Below, piece after piece: positions 1-8,991 of a DNA stretch of 64,000 nucleotides. The first letter of the stretch is position 1; each line of letters opens with the position of its first letter. Source of the stretch: Myxococcales bacterium (GTDB taxonomy: Bacteria; Myxococcota_A; UBA9042; JABWCM01; BTVJ01); the NCBI GenBank assembly GCA_045863395.1, contig BTVJ01000006.1, forward strand, positions 1 to 64,000, given 5' to 3'. The notes beneath the pieces were generated by a model. The model worked only from the letters and a program-made list of their open reading frames with translations, had not been told where the DNA came from and ran no database searches. The position numbers were made by a program, and so were the translations under genes.

Positions 1-280
1 TGGCCCGTACGTCGATGACCCCACTGAGCGGGTCCGCGGCGTCCGGTGGGTGGACGGTGACCTCGTGGCCACGGGACTGTAGGCCCTTTGCCACCTCGCG
101 GAGCAGGCGAGGATGCAGGGACGTCGCGAGGTCCAGGTCCACGGTGTCGCGGGGGAAGCGGTGTAAGGCAAGCGCCACGCCGCCAATGAGAAGGGCGGCC
201 CCTCCGTGGGAGGCGAGCACGGCGGCGACCTCCTCGGCGACGCGGAGCGTGGCGTCGAGGCGTGCCTCACTCTCCGTCAC
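1..280 (-). CDS. Nucleotidyltransferase, AbiEii/DUF6036-like; partial, runs off the window's left edge
   Basis: Not in the ORF track because there is no stop in the window. Hand translation from GTG at 280: MTESEARLDATLRVAEEVAAVLASHGGAALLIGGVALALHRFPRDTVDLDL... The IGGxA...PRxTxDxD motif is a Pol-beta-superfamily NTase signature. The start overlaps the upstream stop (GTGA). Confidence 0.75.
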   Translation of the reverse strand, partial: MTESEARLDATLRVAEEVAAVLASHGGAALLIGGVALALHRFPRDTVDLDLATSLHPRLLREVAKGLQSRGHEVTVHPPDAADPLSGVIDVRA

Positions 281-465
281 TTCGCGTCTCTCGTGCGCTT
301 CTCGGCCAGCGCCAGGCGCCGGCGCCCGAGCTCCAGGGCGAGCGCCATGCGCCCCCGGGGGCCGAGCGCGATGACGCGCTCCAGCTCCGCCTTGCGGGCC
401 GAATCGGCGGAGCGGCTCGGCCTCGTGTGTTGAGGATCGACCTTGGGGTCGTGCTCCGTGCCCAT
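277..465 (-). CDS. Small basic hypothetical protein (62 aa), putative partner or antitoxin of the NTase
   Basis: MGTEHDPK...ELERVIALGPRGRMALALEL; stop overlaps the NTase start codon. Confidence 0.55.
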   Translation of the reverse strand: MGTEHDPKVDPQHTRPSRSADSARKAELERVIALGPRGRMALALELGRRRLALAEKRTRDAK

Positions 466-665
466 GCGTGGGAGCGTGGCACAGGTCGCGGATCGGAGCA
501 AGTGGACGCTCCGTCGACGTGGACCGGTCCAATGCGAGAGCAGGAAGCCTGACAGAGCGTTGTGGCAGCGATCTCTTCACCGGAACGTCCTGCCGTGCTA
601 TGGACCAAGTGGCGAGGTGCCCTCTCGGGAACAACGCGTAGCCGGAACGGCATCACGCAGGAGCC

Positions 666-1382
666 ATGGAGGACAAGATGGCGGACGAGACCTTGATCGC
701 CGGCGCTGACGGCTGCCGGAGCGGCTGGATCCTGGCGGTGCTCGACGGGGGTGCTGTGCGCCTCGAGCACGTGCCGACCGGCGGCCTCGGCGCGTGGGTG
801 ACGAGGCTGGCGGTGCTCGCCATCGACATCCCCATCGGTCTCCCGAGCGAGGGCTCCCGGGCCTGCGACCTGGAGGCGCGCCAGCGGCTCCCGGGGGCGG
901 GAAGCCGCGTGTTTCCTGCGCCGCGGCGCGCGATGCTGGGTGCGGGGAGCTACAAGGAGGCGTGCGAGATCGGCCGCGGGATCGACGGCAAGGCCCTCTC
1001 CAGGCAGGCTTGGGCGATCACTCCCAAGATCAAGGAGGTGGATGCCCTGTGGGGAGCGCTGGACGAGCCCGGGCGCGTGCGTGAGGTCCACCCCGAGGTG
1101 TCCTTCGGAGCGTGGGCAGGCAAGGTGCTGGGCTCCAAACACAGCGCGAAAGGACGGGGGGATGGACGCGAGGAGAGGCTGGACCTCGTCAACCGCCGCT
1201 GGAGCGCCCTCGCAGCCGCGATTCGCGGTCTCCCGAAGTCCGGCAAGGGCATTCGACAGGAAGACGCCCTCGACGCCTGCGCCGCGCTGTGGACCGCGGA
1301 GCGCATCCTGTGCGGCGAGGCGACCGCGTTGGGTGGCGCCGCTCGCGACGCGAGCGGGCGCCCCATGGAGATCGTGTACTGA
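666..1382 (+). CDS. DUF429 family protein (predicted RNase H-like nuclease)
   Basis: Motifs GADGCRSGW, AIDIPIGL, RACDLEAR, EVHPEVSF, DALDA; GGAG RBS before the ATG. Confidence 0.85.
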   Translation: MEDKMADETLIAGADGCRSGWILAVLDGGAVRLEHVPTGGLGAWVTRLAVLAIDIPIGLPSEGSRACDLEARQRLPGAGSRVFPAPRRAMLGAGSYKEACEIGRGIDGKALSRQAWAITPKIKEVDALWGALDEPGRVREVHPEVSFGAWAGKVLGSKHSAKGRGDGREERLDLVNRRWSALAAAIRGLPKSGKGIRQEDALDACAALWTAERILCGEATALGGAARDASGRPMEIVY

Positions 1383-1580
1383 CGGGCGGCCATGGCTCGG
1401 TGTGGCGCTCCTGCGGCCACGGGGTTGAGCCCGGCGCCTGCCGCGAACGCCCGCGCTTGCGCATCGGGTACTGAGGATCCGCGGCTTCTTCTGGGGCCGC
1501 GTCGCGCCCCCTCGGTGCCGACTGCGTGCCCGTGGGGTCTCCGCTCGTTCAGGCGCCCCGTGCCCCTCCCCAGGCCCCGC

Positions 1581-1594
1581 TTGATCTGGATCAT
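1581..1594. promoter_or_regulatory. FNR/CRP-family binding site candidate
   Basis: TTGATctggATCAt, one mismatch from TTGAT-N4-ATCAA, in the intergenic region upstream of the cytochrome operon. Confidence 0.5.
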
Positions 1595-1844
1595 GCGCGC
1601 CGCCGGGCCGGCGCTCGCCCCTCCCCGGCCCCCTCCAATGCGGGCTCGACCGCACCCCGCAAGGCCCTCCCCGCGGTCGGGCGCCTCGCGCGCCACCCGC
1701 CGGTTACAACCCGCACTTCCACGCCCCCCACGCCCCCGTCCTGCTCCTTGACCGGGAAACCGTACAGGCACTATCAAGACCTCCGGGTTGGGAAATGTGT
1801 AAATCCTCTTCTGGGTCGGCAGGCCTCGCCGGAAGGAGCGCTGC

Positions 1845-2870
1845 ATGAGTGACCACGAGCCGGGTGGCGATCACGGATCGTCCCACAAGGGACCGGGCGT
1901 CCTGTCGCAGGCGTACTCGCGCCGCATCTTCGGGGTGCTGTTCATCGTGGTCGTCGCCGGACTGTCGGTCCGGGCGGCCCTGGTCCCCGAGGGCTTCGGG
2001 GTGGACGGACACTACCGCGTGGCCGCGCCGAGCGAGGCCGCGGCGCAGGAGCCCGTGCACCAGGGCAAGATGGTGTGCGGGTCGTGTCACGACGACGAGC
2101 TGAACGCCCACGAGAAGGACGTCCACGTCAGCGTCCAGTGCGAGGCCTGCCACGGCCCCGGGCGGGAGCACGTGAAGGCCCGCGAGGGGGACGCGCCCGA
2201 CGACCAGGGCCGCATGTTCCGGGAGCTGGAGCAGGCCAACTGTCTTGCGTGCCACCGGCGCCTCCTGGCCCGCCCCAACCTCTTCCCCACCATCGACGTG
2301 GACAAGCACTTCGCGCTCGTGGGCGTGAAGGACCCGGCCACCAAGTGCCAGGACTGCCACAGCCCCCACGAGCCGCTCTTCCTCGAGCGGACCGTGGACG
2401 AGGCGCGCATCCACCCGCTGATCCACCCCTGCAGCGACTGCCACCACGACGCGGTGGACGAGACGGCGCCGCTGCCCGCGGGCCACGTGGTCACCTTCCG
2501 GTGCCAGGACTGCCACGCGGACGTGGTGGCGTCGGCCAAGGAGAAGGCCCACGGCAAGCTCGACTGCCGGACCTGCCACATCTTCCGAAAGGACTCGGAG
2601 TTCTCGGGGCGCATCTTCAAGAACGGCAACCCGCGGTTCTGCCTGATGTGCCACCAGAACAAGCCCTTCAAGGACGGCGACCGCATCCCGCTGCTCGACT
2701 CCTTCGAGGCGCACCGGGAGGAGATGGCCGACTCGGACGAGGACAAGACCAAGCGCTGCGCGGACTGCCACCTGTCGGGGGCGATCCACGACGTCAGCGG
2801 ACGGAAGCGGTCGGTGGTGACGCCGCCGCAAGGCACGCCGTCTCCCGACGGTACAGGAGAGCAGCCATGA
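1845..2870 (+). CDS. Membrane-anchored nonaheme cytochrome c
   Basis: Nine CxxCH motifs (CGSCH, CEACH, CLACH, CQDCH, CSDCH, CQDCH, CRTCH, CLMCH, CADCH); N-terminal TM helix; [10 protein letters not shown]. Confidence 0.92.
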   Translation: MSDHEPGGDHGSSHKGPGVLSQAYSRRIFGVLFIVVVAGLSVRAALVPEGFGVDGHYRVAAPSEAAAQEPVHQGKMVCGSCHDDELNAHEKDVHVSVQCEACHGPGREHVKAREGDAPDDQGRMFRELEQANCLACHRRLLARPNLFPTIDVDKHFALVGVKDPATKCQDCHSPHEPLFLERTVDEARIHPLIHPCSDCHHDAVDETAPLPAGHVVTFRCQDCHADVVASAKEKAHGKLDCRTCHIFRKDSEFSGRIFKNGNPRFCLMCHQNKPFKDGDRIPLLDSFEAHREEMADSDEDKTKRCADCHLSGAIHDVSGRKRSVVTPPQGTPSPDGTGEQP

Positions 2871-3613
2871 GCGACGAGAGCAAGGTCGACCGACGCGACT
2901 TCCTGAAGGCCGGGGTTGCGGGCGCCGCCGCGGTGGCGCTCGGCTCCGGGACGGCCGAGGCAGAGCCGGCCTATGACCGTGACGCCCACAACTGGGGCTA
3001 CATGGTGGATCTGACCGCCTGCATCGGCTGCGGCGCCTGCGTGCGGGCCTGCTCCGCCGAGAACGACGTGCCGGACAACTTCTTCCGCACGTGGGTGGAG
3101 CGCTACACCTTCACCCGGGACGGGAAGGTCCATGTGGACTCCCCCGACGGCGCCCGCAACGGGTTCAAGTCGGACCCGGAGGGCGTCGACCCGGAGACGG
3201 TCACCAAGAGCTTCTTCGTGCCGAAGCTCTGCAACCACTGCGTCCAGTCGCCGTGCGTCCAGGTCTGCCCGGTCGGGGCCTCCTACGAGACCAAGGACGG
3301 CGTCGTGCTGGTCGACCGCAACCACTGCATCGGGTGCGGCTACTGCATCCAGGCGTGTCCGTTCGGCTGCCGCTTCCTGAACCCGAAGGGCTACGCCGAC
3401 AAGTGCACGCTCTGCTACCACCGCATCACGAAGGGCCTGCCGCCGGCGTGCGTGGAGGCGTGCCCAGTCGGCGCGCGCCAGGCCGGCAACATGAAGGACC
3501 CGAACAGCCCGATCCGCAAGCTGCTCGACACGAGCCGCTTCGGTGTCCTCAAACCCGACCTCGGGACCCACCCGAAGGTGTACTACGTCGGCCTCGACGC
3601 AGAGGTGATCTGA
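2867..3613 (+). CDS. Tat-exported 4x[4Fe-4S] protein (NrfC/DsrO/PsrB family)
   Basis: Start reassigned to ATG 2867 (ATGA overlap); twin-arginine DRRDFLK; four Cys clusters CIGCGACVRAC, CNHC...CVQVCP, CIGCGYCIQACP, CTLC...CVEACP. Confidence 0.92.
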   Translation: MSDESKVDRRDFLKAGVAGAAAVALGSGTAEAEPAYDRDAHNWGYMVDLTACIGCGACVRACSAENDVPDNFFRTWVERYTFTRDGKVHVDSPDGARNGFKSDPEGVDPETVTKSFFVPKLCNHCVQSPCVQVCPVGASYETKDGVVLVDRNHCIGCGYCIQACPFGCRFLNPKGYADKCTLCYHRITKGLPPACVEACPVGARQAGNMKDPNSPIRKLLDTSRFGVLKPDLGTHPKVYYVGLDAEVI

Positions 3614-4809
3614 TGCACCCTGAGGTAGTCCAGGAGCTCAGCGGCTTCGTCTTCCCGAACGAGATCCACGTGGTGTGGACGGTGATGATCGTCCTCTACC
3701 CGTACATCACGGGCCTCGTGGCGGGCGCGTTCATCGTCTCGTCCCTCTACCACCTCTTCGGGGTCGACTCGCTCCGACCCGTCGCCCGGTTCGCCCTCTG
3801 CTCGTCGCTCGCCTTCCTGCTGTTTGCGACCGCGCCGCTGGTGCTGCACCTGGGCATCCCGCAGCGGGCCTTCAACATCATGATCACGCCGAGCAGCACC
3901 TCGGCCATGGCGGGCTTCGGCATCGTCTACCTGACCTACATGATCATCGTGGTGCTGGAGGTCTGGTTTGCGCTGCGGGAGGACATCGTCAAGCAGGCTC
4001 AGGTCCGCAAGGGCTTCGCGGCGTGGATCTTCAAGATGCTGGCCTTCGGCGACCTGACGGTGAACGACAAGACGCGGGCCATCGACCACAAGGTCATCCG
4101 CTTCCTCGCGGCCATCGGTATCCCCGTCGCCTGCTTCCTGCACGGCTACGTGGGCTTCCTCTTCGGGTCCATCAAGGCGAACCCCTGGTGGTCCACGCCG
4201 CTGATGTTCATCATCTTCCTGCTGTCCGCCATCGTGTCCGGCATCGCGGTGCTGCTGTTCCTCTTCTTCTTCATCTCGTGGCTCCGCAAGGTGCCCGTGG
4301 ACCGCGGCGTGGTCATGACCATGGGCAAGTACCTGTGGGGCTTCATGATCGTGGCCATCACCCTCGAGATCATGCAGGTGCTGTCGATCATGTACGAGCA
4401 GATCCGCGGCTGGGAGGCCCTGGCGGTGCTCATCCACGACAAGCTCTTCTGGTCCCACGTCGTGCTGCAGCTCCTGATTGGCTCCCTCATCCCGTTCCTG
4501 TTCCTCGGGGCCAACGCGATCTTCAAGCTGCGGGCGTCGCTCTCCAACGTGCTGGTGTTCTCATCGTCCGTGCTGCTGCTCATCCAGGTGCTCTCCATGC
4601 GCTGGAACGTGGTCATCGGTGGCCAGCTCATGTCCAAGAGCTTCCGGGGCTACACGAGCTACACCCCGGGGATCTGGGACCAGGAGGGGCTCGTCCTGGC
4701 TGCCATCGTGTTCACCGTCCCCTTCGTGCTGCTGCGCCTGCTGGACGGCCAGATCTCCCTGTTCCCCGACGATACGCCCATCGGGCGGTTCCGGACCCGG
4801 CGGGGGTAG
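3613..4809 (+). CDS. NrfD/PsrC family quinol-interacting membrane subunit
   Basis: Start at ATG 3613 (TGATG overlap); W...IVLYPYITGLVAG, HLGxPxR, TPSSTSAM, RWNVVIGGQ; many TM helices. Confidence 0.9.
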   Translation: MHPEVVQELSGFVFPNEIHVVWTVMIVLYPYITGLVAGAFIVSSLYHLFGVDSLRPVARFALCSSLAFLLFATAPLVLHLGIPQRAFNIMITPSSTSAMAGFGIVYLTYMIIVVLEVWFALREDIVKQAQVRKGFAAWIFKMLAFGDLTVNDKTRAIDHKVIRFLAAIGIPVACFLHGYVGFLFGSIKANPWWSTPLMFIIFLLSAIVSGIAVLLFLFFFISWLRKVPVDRGVVMTMGKYLWGFMIVAITLEIMQVLSIMYEQIRGWEALAVLIHDKLFWSHVVLQLLIGSLIPFLFLGANAIFKLRASLSNVLVFSSSVLLLIQVLSMRWNVVIGGQLMSKSFRGYTSYTPGIWDQEGLVLAAIVFTVPFVLLRLLDGQISLFPDDTPIGRFRTRRG

Positions 4810-4829
4810 GCACTTCGGGGAGGTGGCGG

Positions 4830-6587
4830 ATGGTCGAGCCGGGTGAGGGTCTCGAGTCGCGCGTGGCCTCCCTGGAGGAGGCCGTCCGCTCCCTGGAGCA
4901 GCGGCTCGCGGCCGCTGAGCGCGCCATCCCTCGCACCTTCTGGAACATCGCTGCCGAGGCGGAGGAGGCGCGGCGCGTGGCGGAGGCGCGGGCCGCGGCC
5001 GGGCCGGACGCGCCCGCGGCCCCCTCGACGGACGCGACCACCGCGGGGCTCGCCGCCCTCGTAGGGCGCACCCTGGTCGTGCTCGGGGGCGCCTTCCTCC
5101 TGCGGGCCCTGACGGACGGGGACGTCCTCTCGAAGCCCCTCGGAGTCGCGGTGGGGCTCGCCTACGCCGGCATCTGGCTGTGGGCCGCGGCGCGGGCGGC
5201 ACGGCTCGGGCGCCGGCGCGACGCGGCCTTCCACGGCGCGACCACGTCGGTCATCGCCTTCCCGCTCGTCTGGGAGGGTGTCGTGCGCTTCGGGGCGCTC
5301 AGCCCGCCGCTCGCCGCCGCCGCGACCCTCGTCTTCGGTGGCGTCAGCCTGTGGGTGGCGTGGCGGCGGCGCCTCCGCGTCCTCGCGTGGGTGTCGGTGG
5401 TCGCGCCCATCGTCGTGGACGCCGGGCTGGTGCTCGTGACCGGGGCGGTGGTGTCCCTCGGTGGGGTCTTGTGCGTTCTCGGTGCCGCGGCGGTGGTGGT
5501 GTCACATGCTCGGTCGTGGGTGCCGCTGCGGTGGACGGTTGCGCTCCTGGTGGCGCTGACCCTCGTCGCGCCCCCGGTGACCGCCGGGTGGCGCCTGACC
5601 TCGGTGGATCCCGTCGCGCTGGCGGGCCTCCAGCTCGCCGTGCTCGCGATTGCGCTCGGCGGCATCGGGGCGCGGCTCATAGGGCTCCGCGCGCGGGTGA
5701 CGGCCTACGATGCGGTCGCTGCAGGGCTGTTCCTCCTCATCGGCTTCGAGCTCGCCCCCCGCCTGCTGGTGCCGGGGGCGCCCCGGGTGCCCGCCTTTGG
5801 GGTGGCCGCCTTCGTGCTGCTGGGCGGCGTGGTCGCCGCGACGCGCCTCGAGCGGGTGCGCGAGCACCATGCCAACGTGGGGTGCCTGGTCGCCGTGGGG
5901 ACCTTCCTGGTCGTCGAGGGCTTCCGCCATCTGGTCGGTGGGCAGGAGGCCGCGGTGGCGTGGACCCTCGTCGCCGTCCTGGGCGCGTGGTTCGGGGCCG
6001 ACCCGGCTCGCCCGGCCCTGCGGGGTGGGGCCGCGGCGCTGCTCCTGGCCGCGGCGGGTGGGTCTGGGCTGCTCCGGCAGATCGCGGGGGCGCTGCTCCT
6101 CGGCGCCGCGGACGCCTGGACGCCCCCATCCATGGGGATGGTGCTGGTCGTCGTGGGGGCCGCAGTAGCGTATGGGCTGATCCGGTGGGACGTCTCCGGG
6201 GAGCGCGGGGCGAGCTTCTCGGTGCCTGCCTTCCTGGTGGTGTTCCTGCTTGGCCTGAGCCTGGCGACGTTGCTGGTCGCGCTCGTTGCGCCCGCGCTCA
6301 CCGGCGCGGGCACCCTGCAGGGCGACGCGGGGGCCCTCGCCGTCCTGCGAACGTCCGTGCTGATCGCGCTGGCGTGGGCGCTGGCCTGGGCTGGGCGAAG
6401 CCGCACGCGCCCGGAGCTCCTCTGGGCGATGGGAGTGGTGCTCGGCATCACGGCGCCCAAGCTCGTGCTCGACGATCTCATCCACGGGCGCCCCGCCACC
6501 CTGTTCGGGACCTTCGTGCTCCTCGGCGTGACCTTGATGGCGCTGCCCCTGCTGCTGCGCCGGAAGGAGGCCGAGCCGGCTGCCTGA
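4830..6587 (+). CDS. Polytopic membrane protein, DUF2339-like
   Basis: N-terminal coiled coil (LESRVASLEEAVRSLEQRL), then GRTLVVLGGAFLLR and many hydrophobic helices; GGAGG RBS before ATG 4830. Confidence 0.65.
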   Translation: MVEPGEGLESRVASLEEAVRSLEQRLAAAERAIPRTFWNIAAEAEEARRVAEARAAAGPDAPAAPSTDATTAGLAALVGRTLVVLGGAFLLRALTDGDVLSKPLGVAVGLAYAGIWLWAAARAARLGRRRDAAFHGATTSVIAFPLVWEGVVRFGALSPPLAAAATLVFGGVSLWVAWRRRLRVLAWVSVVAPIVVDAGLVLVTGAVVSLGGVLCVLGAAAVVVSHARSWVPLRWTVALLVALTLVAPPVTAGWRLTSVDPVALAGLQLAVLAIALGGIGARLIGLRARVTAYDAVAAGLFLLIGFELAPRLLVPGAPRVPAFGVAAFVLLGGVVAATRLERVREHHANVGCLVAVGTFLVVEGFRHLVGGQEAAVAWTLVAVLGAWFGADPARPALRGGAAALLLAAAGGSGLLRQIAGALLLGAADAWTPPSMGMVLVVVGAAVAYGLIRWDVSGERGASFSVPAFLVVFLLGLSLATLLVALVAPALTGAGTLQGDAGALAVLRTSVLIALAWALAWAGRSRTRPELLWAMGVVLGITAPKLVLDDLIHGRPATLFGTFVLLGVTLMALPLLLRRKEAEPAA

Positions 6588-6769
6588 CCGTCTCCGCTTC
6601 GATGGGGCACACGCTGGAACGGCGCGGGTGCTTCCAGCCGTTCGTCCTTCATGATCAAGGCGTTGTGGCTGCGTTCTTGTGTGCAGGACGGTGGTCTGGT
6701 ACGTGATCCGTCGCACCCTCCTCTCTGTGAATGACCCTGGAGGCGCCGCCGTGCGCCGGGAGTATCCCC

Positions 6770-8989
6770 ATGCTGCGAACCCGCTGGATCGTTTTCGCCG
6801 CGCTCGTCCTCGCGGCCTGTGAGGGCCCCGTGCCCGTCGAGGGGCCCGACGCCTCTCTCGCGATCACCGAGGGGGCGCTGACCACCCTGTGCGGAGGGCC
6901 GAAAGGCCTCGCATGTCCGCAGGGCTCGTGGTGCCAGGCCCGCGCCGGGGCGTGCGACACCACGGCCAGCTTCGGGCAGTGCGTGCCCACCCCGGCTGGC
7001 TGCGGCGCAGTGTGGGCGCCCGTGTGCGGGTGCGACGGAAAGACCTACGGCAACGACTGCATGCGCCAGGCGGCGGGGGTCTCGGAGGGGGCGCCAGAGG
7101 ACTGCGAGGTCCCCTGTGGTCCGGGCAGTCCGTGCGGCGGTGGTGAGCTGTGCGACCAGCGCTCCTGCGCCGGAGACGGCGTGTGCGTCCCCGCGCCCGG
7201 CCCCTGCTCGCATGTGTGGGCGCCTGTGTGCGGCTGCGACGGCAAGACCTACGCCAGCGACTGCAAGCGCCTCGCCGCGGGCGTGGCCCTCAAGCAGGTA
7301 GGGCCGTGCCCTCCCCAGTGTGGTGGCCCCAACCAGGTGCCGTGCAAGCAGGGGTACGCCTGCATCCAGGACGTCGGTGTCTGCGATCCCGACGCCATGG
7401 GCTGGTGCCAGCTCGTGCCACGCAAGTGTCCCGCTGATGAGACCCCCGTGTGCGGGTGCGACGGCCAGACCTGGTCCGGCGAGTGCGCCGCGACGAAGGG
7501 CGGCATGAGCCTCGCGGGGACGGGGGAGTGCCCGGACCTGCACTGTGCCCCGTGCCTGACCGACGCGGACTGCGGACTCACAGTCGGGCTTCTGTGCGTG
7601 TCCCGAGGCGACGCAGGCTCGTTCTGTGCGAAGCCGTGCCTCTCCGGGTGCCAGGCCGGTACGACCTGCCAGAGCGGGACCACCGCGACCGGGCAGCCCG
7701 TCCAGGCCTGCCTGCCCCCCGGTCCGTGCGGCTGCACCCCCGACGCCATCGCGGCGGGCGCCACGACCACCTGCGCCACCAGCAACCAGTTTGGCACGTG
7801 CGGAGGGACGCGCGCCTGTACGGCTGGCGGTCTGTCTCCGTGCAGCGCGCCCGCAGCGACTGCGGAGAGCTGTGACGGCAAGGACAACGACTGCGACGGC
7901 CTGGTGGACGAGGGCAACCCAGGGGGCGGCGCGACGTGCAGCACGGGCAAGCCGGGTGTCTGCGGAGCGGGCACGACGGTCTGCACGCCCGGCGGCTTCG
8001 CGTGCCAGCAGACGGTCCAGCCGAGTGACGAGACGTGTGACGGCAAGGACAACGACTGCGACGGGGCTGTAGATGAGGAGGGCTCCCAGGGCTGCACGAC
8101 GTACTACGCAGACATGGACGGTGATGGCTTCGGCGTTGTGGGCGGGGCGAAGTGCCTGTGTGGTCCGAGCGGGGTCAACACGGCTACGAAGGCTGGCGAC
8201 TGCAACGACATGCAGCCCACGGTGAACCCGGGCGCTGCGGAGAAGTGCAATGGAGTGGACGACAACTGCAACGGCCAGGCCGACGAGGGCAACCCTGGCG
8301 GTGGTCAGACATGCACGACCGGCAAGCTTGGCCCGTGCGCAGAGGGGACCACTGCGTGCGTCACTGGCACGATCCAGTGCGTGCAGACGGTCCAGCCGAG
8401 TGACGAGACGTGCGACGGCGAGGACAACGACTGCGACGGGGCCGTCGATGAGGAGGGCGCCCAGGGCTGCACGACGCACTACATGGACATGGACGGTGAT
8501 GGCTTCGGCGTTGTAGGCGGGGCGAAGTGCCTGTGCGGCCCGAGCGGGGTCTACACGGCCACGAAGGCCGGCGACTGCAACGACACGCAGCCCGCGGTGA
8601 ACCCGGGCGCGACGGAGAAGTGCAACGGCTTCGACGACGACTGCGACGGCCAGGTGGACGAGGGCTGCGCCGCGCCCGTGACCTGGACCAACGACGTGAA
8701 GCCCATCTACCAGGCCAAGTGCGCCGGGTGCCACACGGGGAACACGCCGGGGACGTGCTCGGGCCAGGGGTGCTACGGTTCCTTCTACGAAGACACGCAG
8801 AAGCCCTCGTACTACTGTCCGGGAAAGACCAAGGGCGCGTGCACCATCGTGCGCATCCAGAACGGCTCCATGCCCTTGGGAGCAGGCTGCACGGGCAACC
8901 CCACCATGGACGCCGGCAAGCCCGCCTGCCTGACCGCCTCGCAGCAGGCCACCATCCAGGCGTGGATCGACGGGGGGCAGCTCCCGTAG
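6770..8989 (+). CDS. Cys-rich lipoprotein: Kazal-like repeats, MopE-related CDGxDNDCDG repeats, C-terminal monoheme cytochrome c domain
   Basis: Lipobox LAAC; three PVCGCDGxT[YW] motifs; five CxGxD[ND][DN]CxGxxDE motifs; C-terminal VTWTNDVKPIYQAKCAGCH...MP...IQAWIDGG. Confidence 0.85.
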   Translation: MLRTRWIVFAALVLAACEGPVPVEGPDASLAITEGALTTLCGGPKGLACPQGSWCQARAGACDTTASFGQCVPTPAGCGAVWAPVCGCDGKTYGNDCMRQAAGVSEGAPEDCEVPCGPGSPCGGGELCDQRSCAGDGVCVPAPGPCSHVWAPVCGCDGKTYASDCKRLAAGVALKQVGPCPPQCGGPNQVPCKQGYACIQDVGVCDPDAMGWCQLVPRKCPADETPVCGCDGQTWSGECAATKGGMSLAGTGECPDLHCAPCLTDADCGLTVGLLCVSRGDAGSFCAKPCLSGCQAGTTCQSGTTATGQPVQACLPPGPCGCTPDAIAAGATTTCATSNQFGTCGGTRACTAGGLSPCSAPAATAESCDGKDNDCDGLVDEGNPGGGATCSTGKPGVCGAGTTVCTPGGFACQQTVQPSDETCDGKDNDCDGAVDEEGSQGCTTYYADMDGDGFGVVGGAKCLCGPSGVNTATKAGDCNDMQPTVNPGAAEKCNGVDDNCNGQADEGNPGGGQTCTTGKLGPCAEGTTACVTGTIQCVQTVQPSDETCDGEDNDCDGAVDEEGAQGCTTHYMDMDGDGFGVVGGAKCLCGPSGVYTATKAGDCNDTQPAVNPGATEKCNGFDDDCDGQVDEGCAAPVTWTNDVKPIYQAKCAGCHTGNTPGTCSGQGCYGSFYEDTQKPSYYCPGKTKGACTIVRIQNGSMPLGAGCTGNPTMDAGKPACLTASQQATIQAWIDGGQLP
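7871..8665 (+). repeat. Intragenic tandem repeat, 375-bp (125-aa) period, about 2.1 copies
   Basis: Units begin at 7871, 8246 and 8621; 8009-8245 and 8384-8620 are near-identical (QTVQPSDETCDGxDNDCDGAVDEEG...DMDGDGFGVVGGAKCLCGPSGV). Confidence 0.9.
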
Positions 8990-8991
8990 GG

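Noticed and set aside
1383..1844. Riboswitch or small ORF in the 460-bp region upstream of the cytochrome
   Set aside because: No recognisable c-di-GMP, Moco or cobalamin riboswitch core by eye, and the overlapping ORFs are not protein-like. An Rfam scan would be needed to exclude it fully.
7871..8665. CRISPR array or other non-coding repeat array
   Set aside because: The repeats are in-frame protein repeats; no short repeats with unique spacers or cas genes were seen anywhere in the window.
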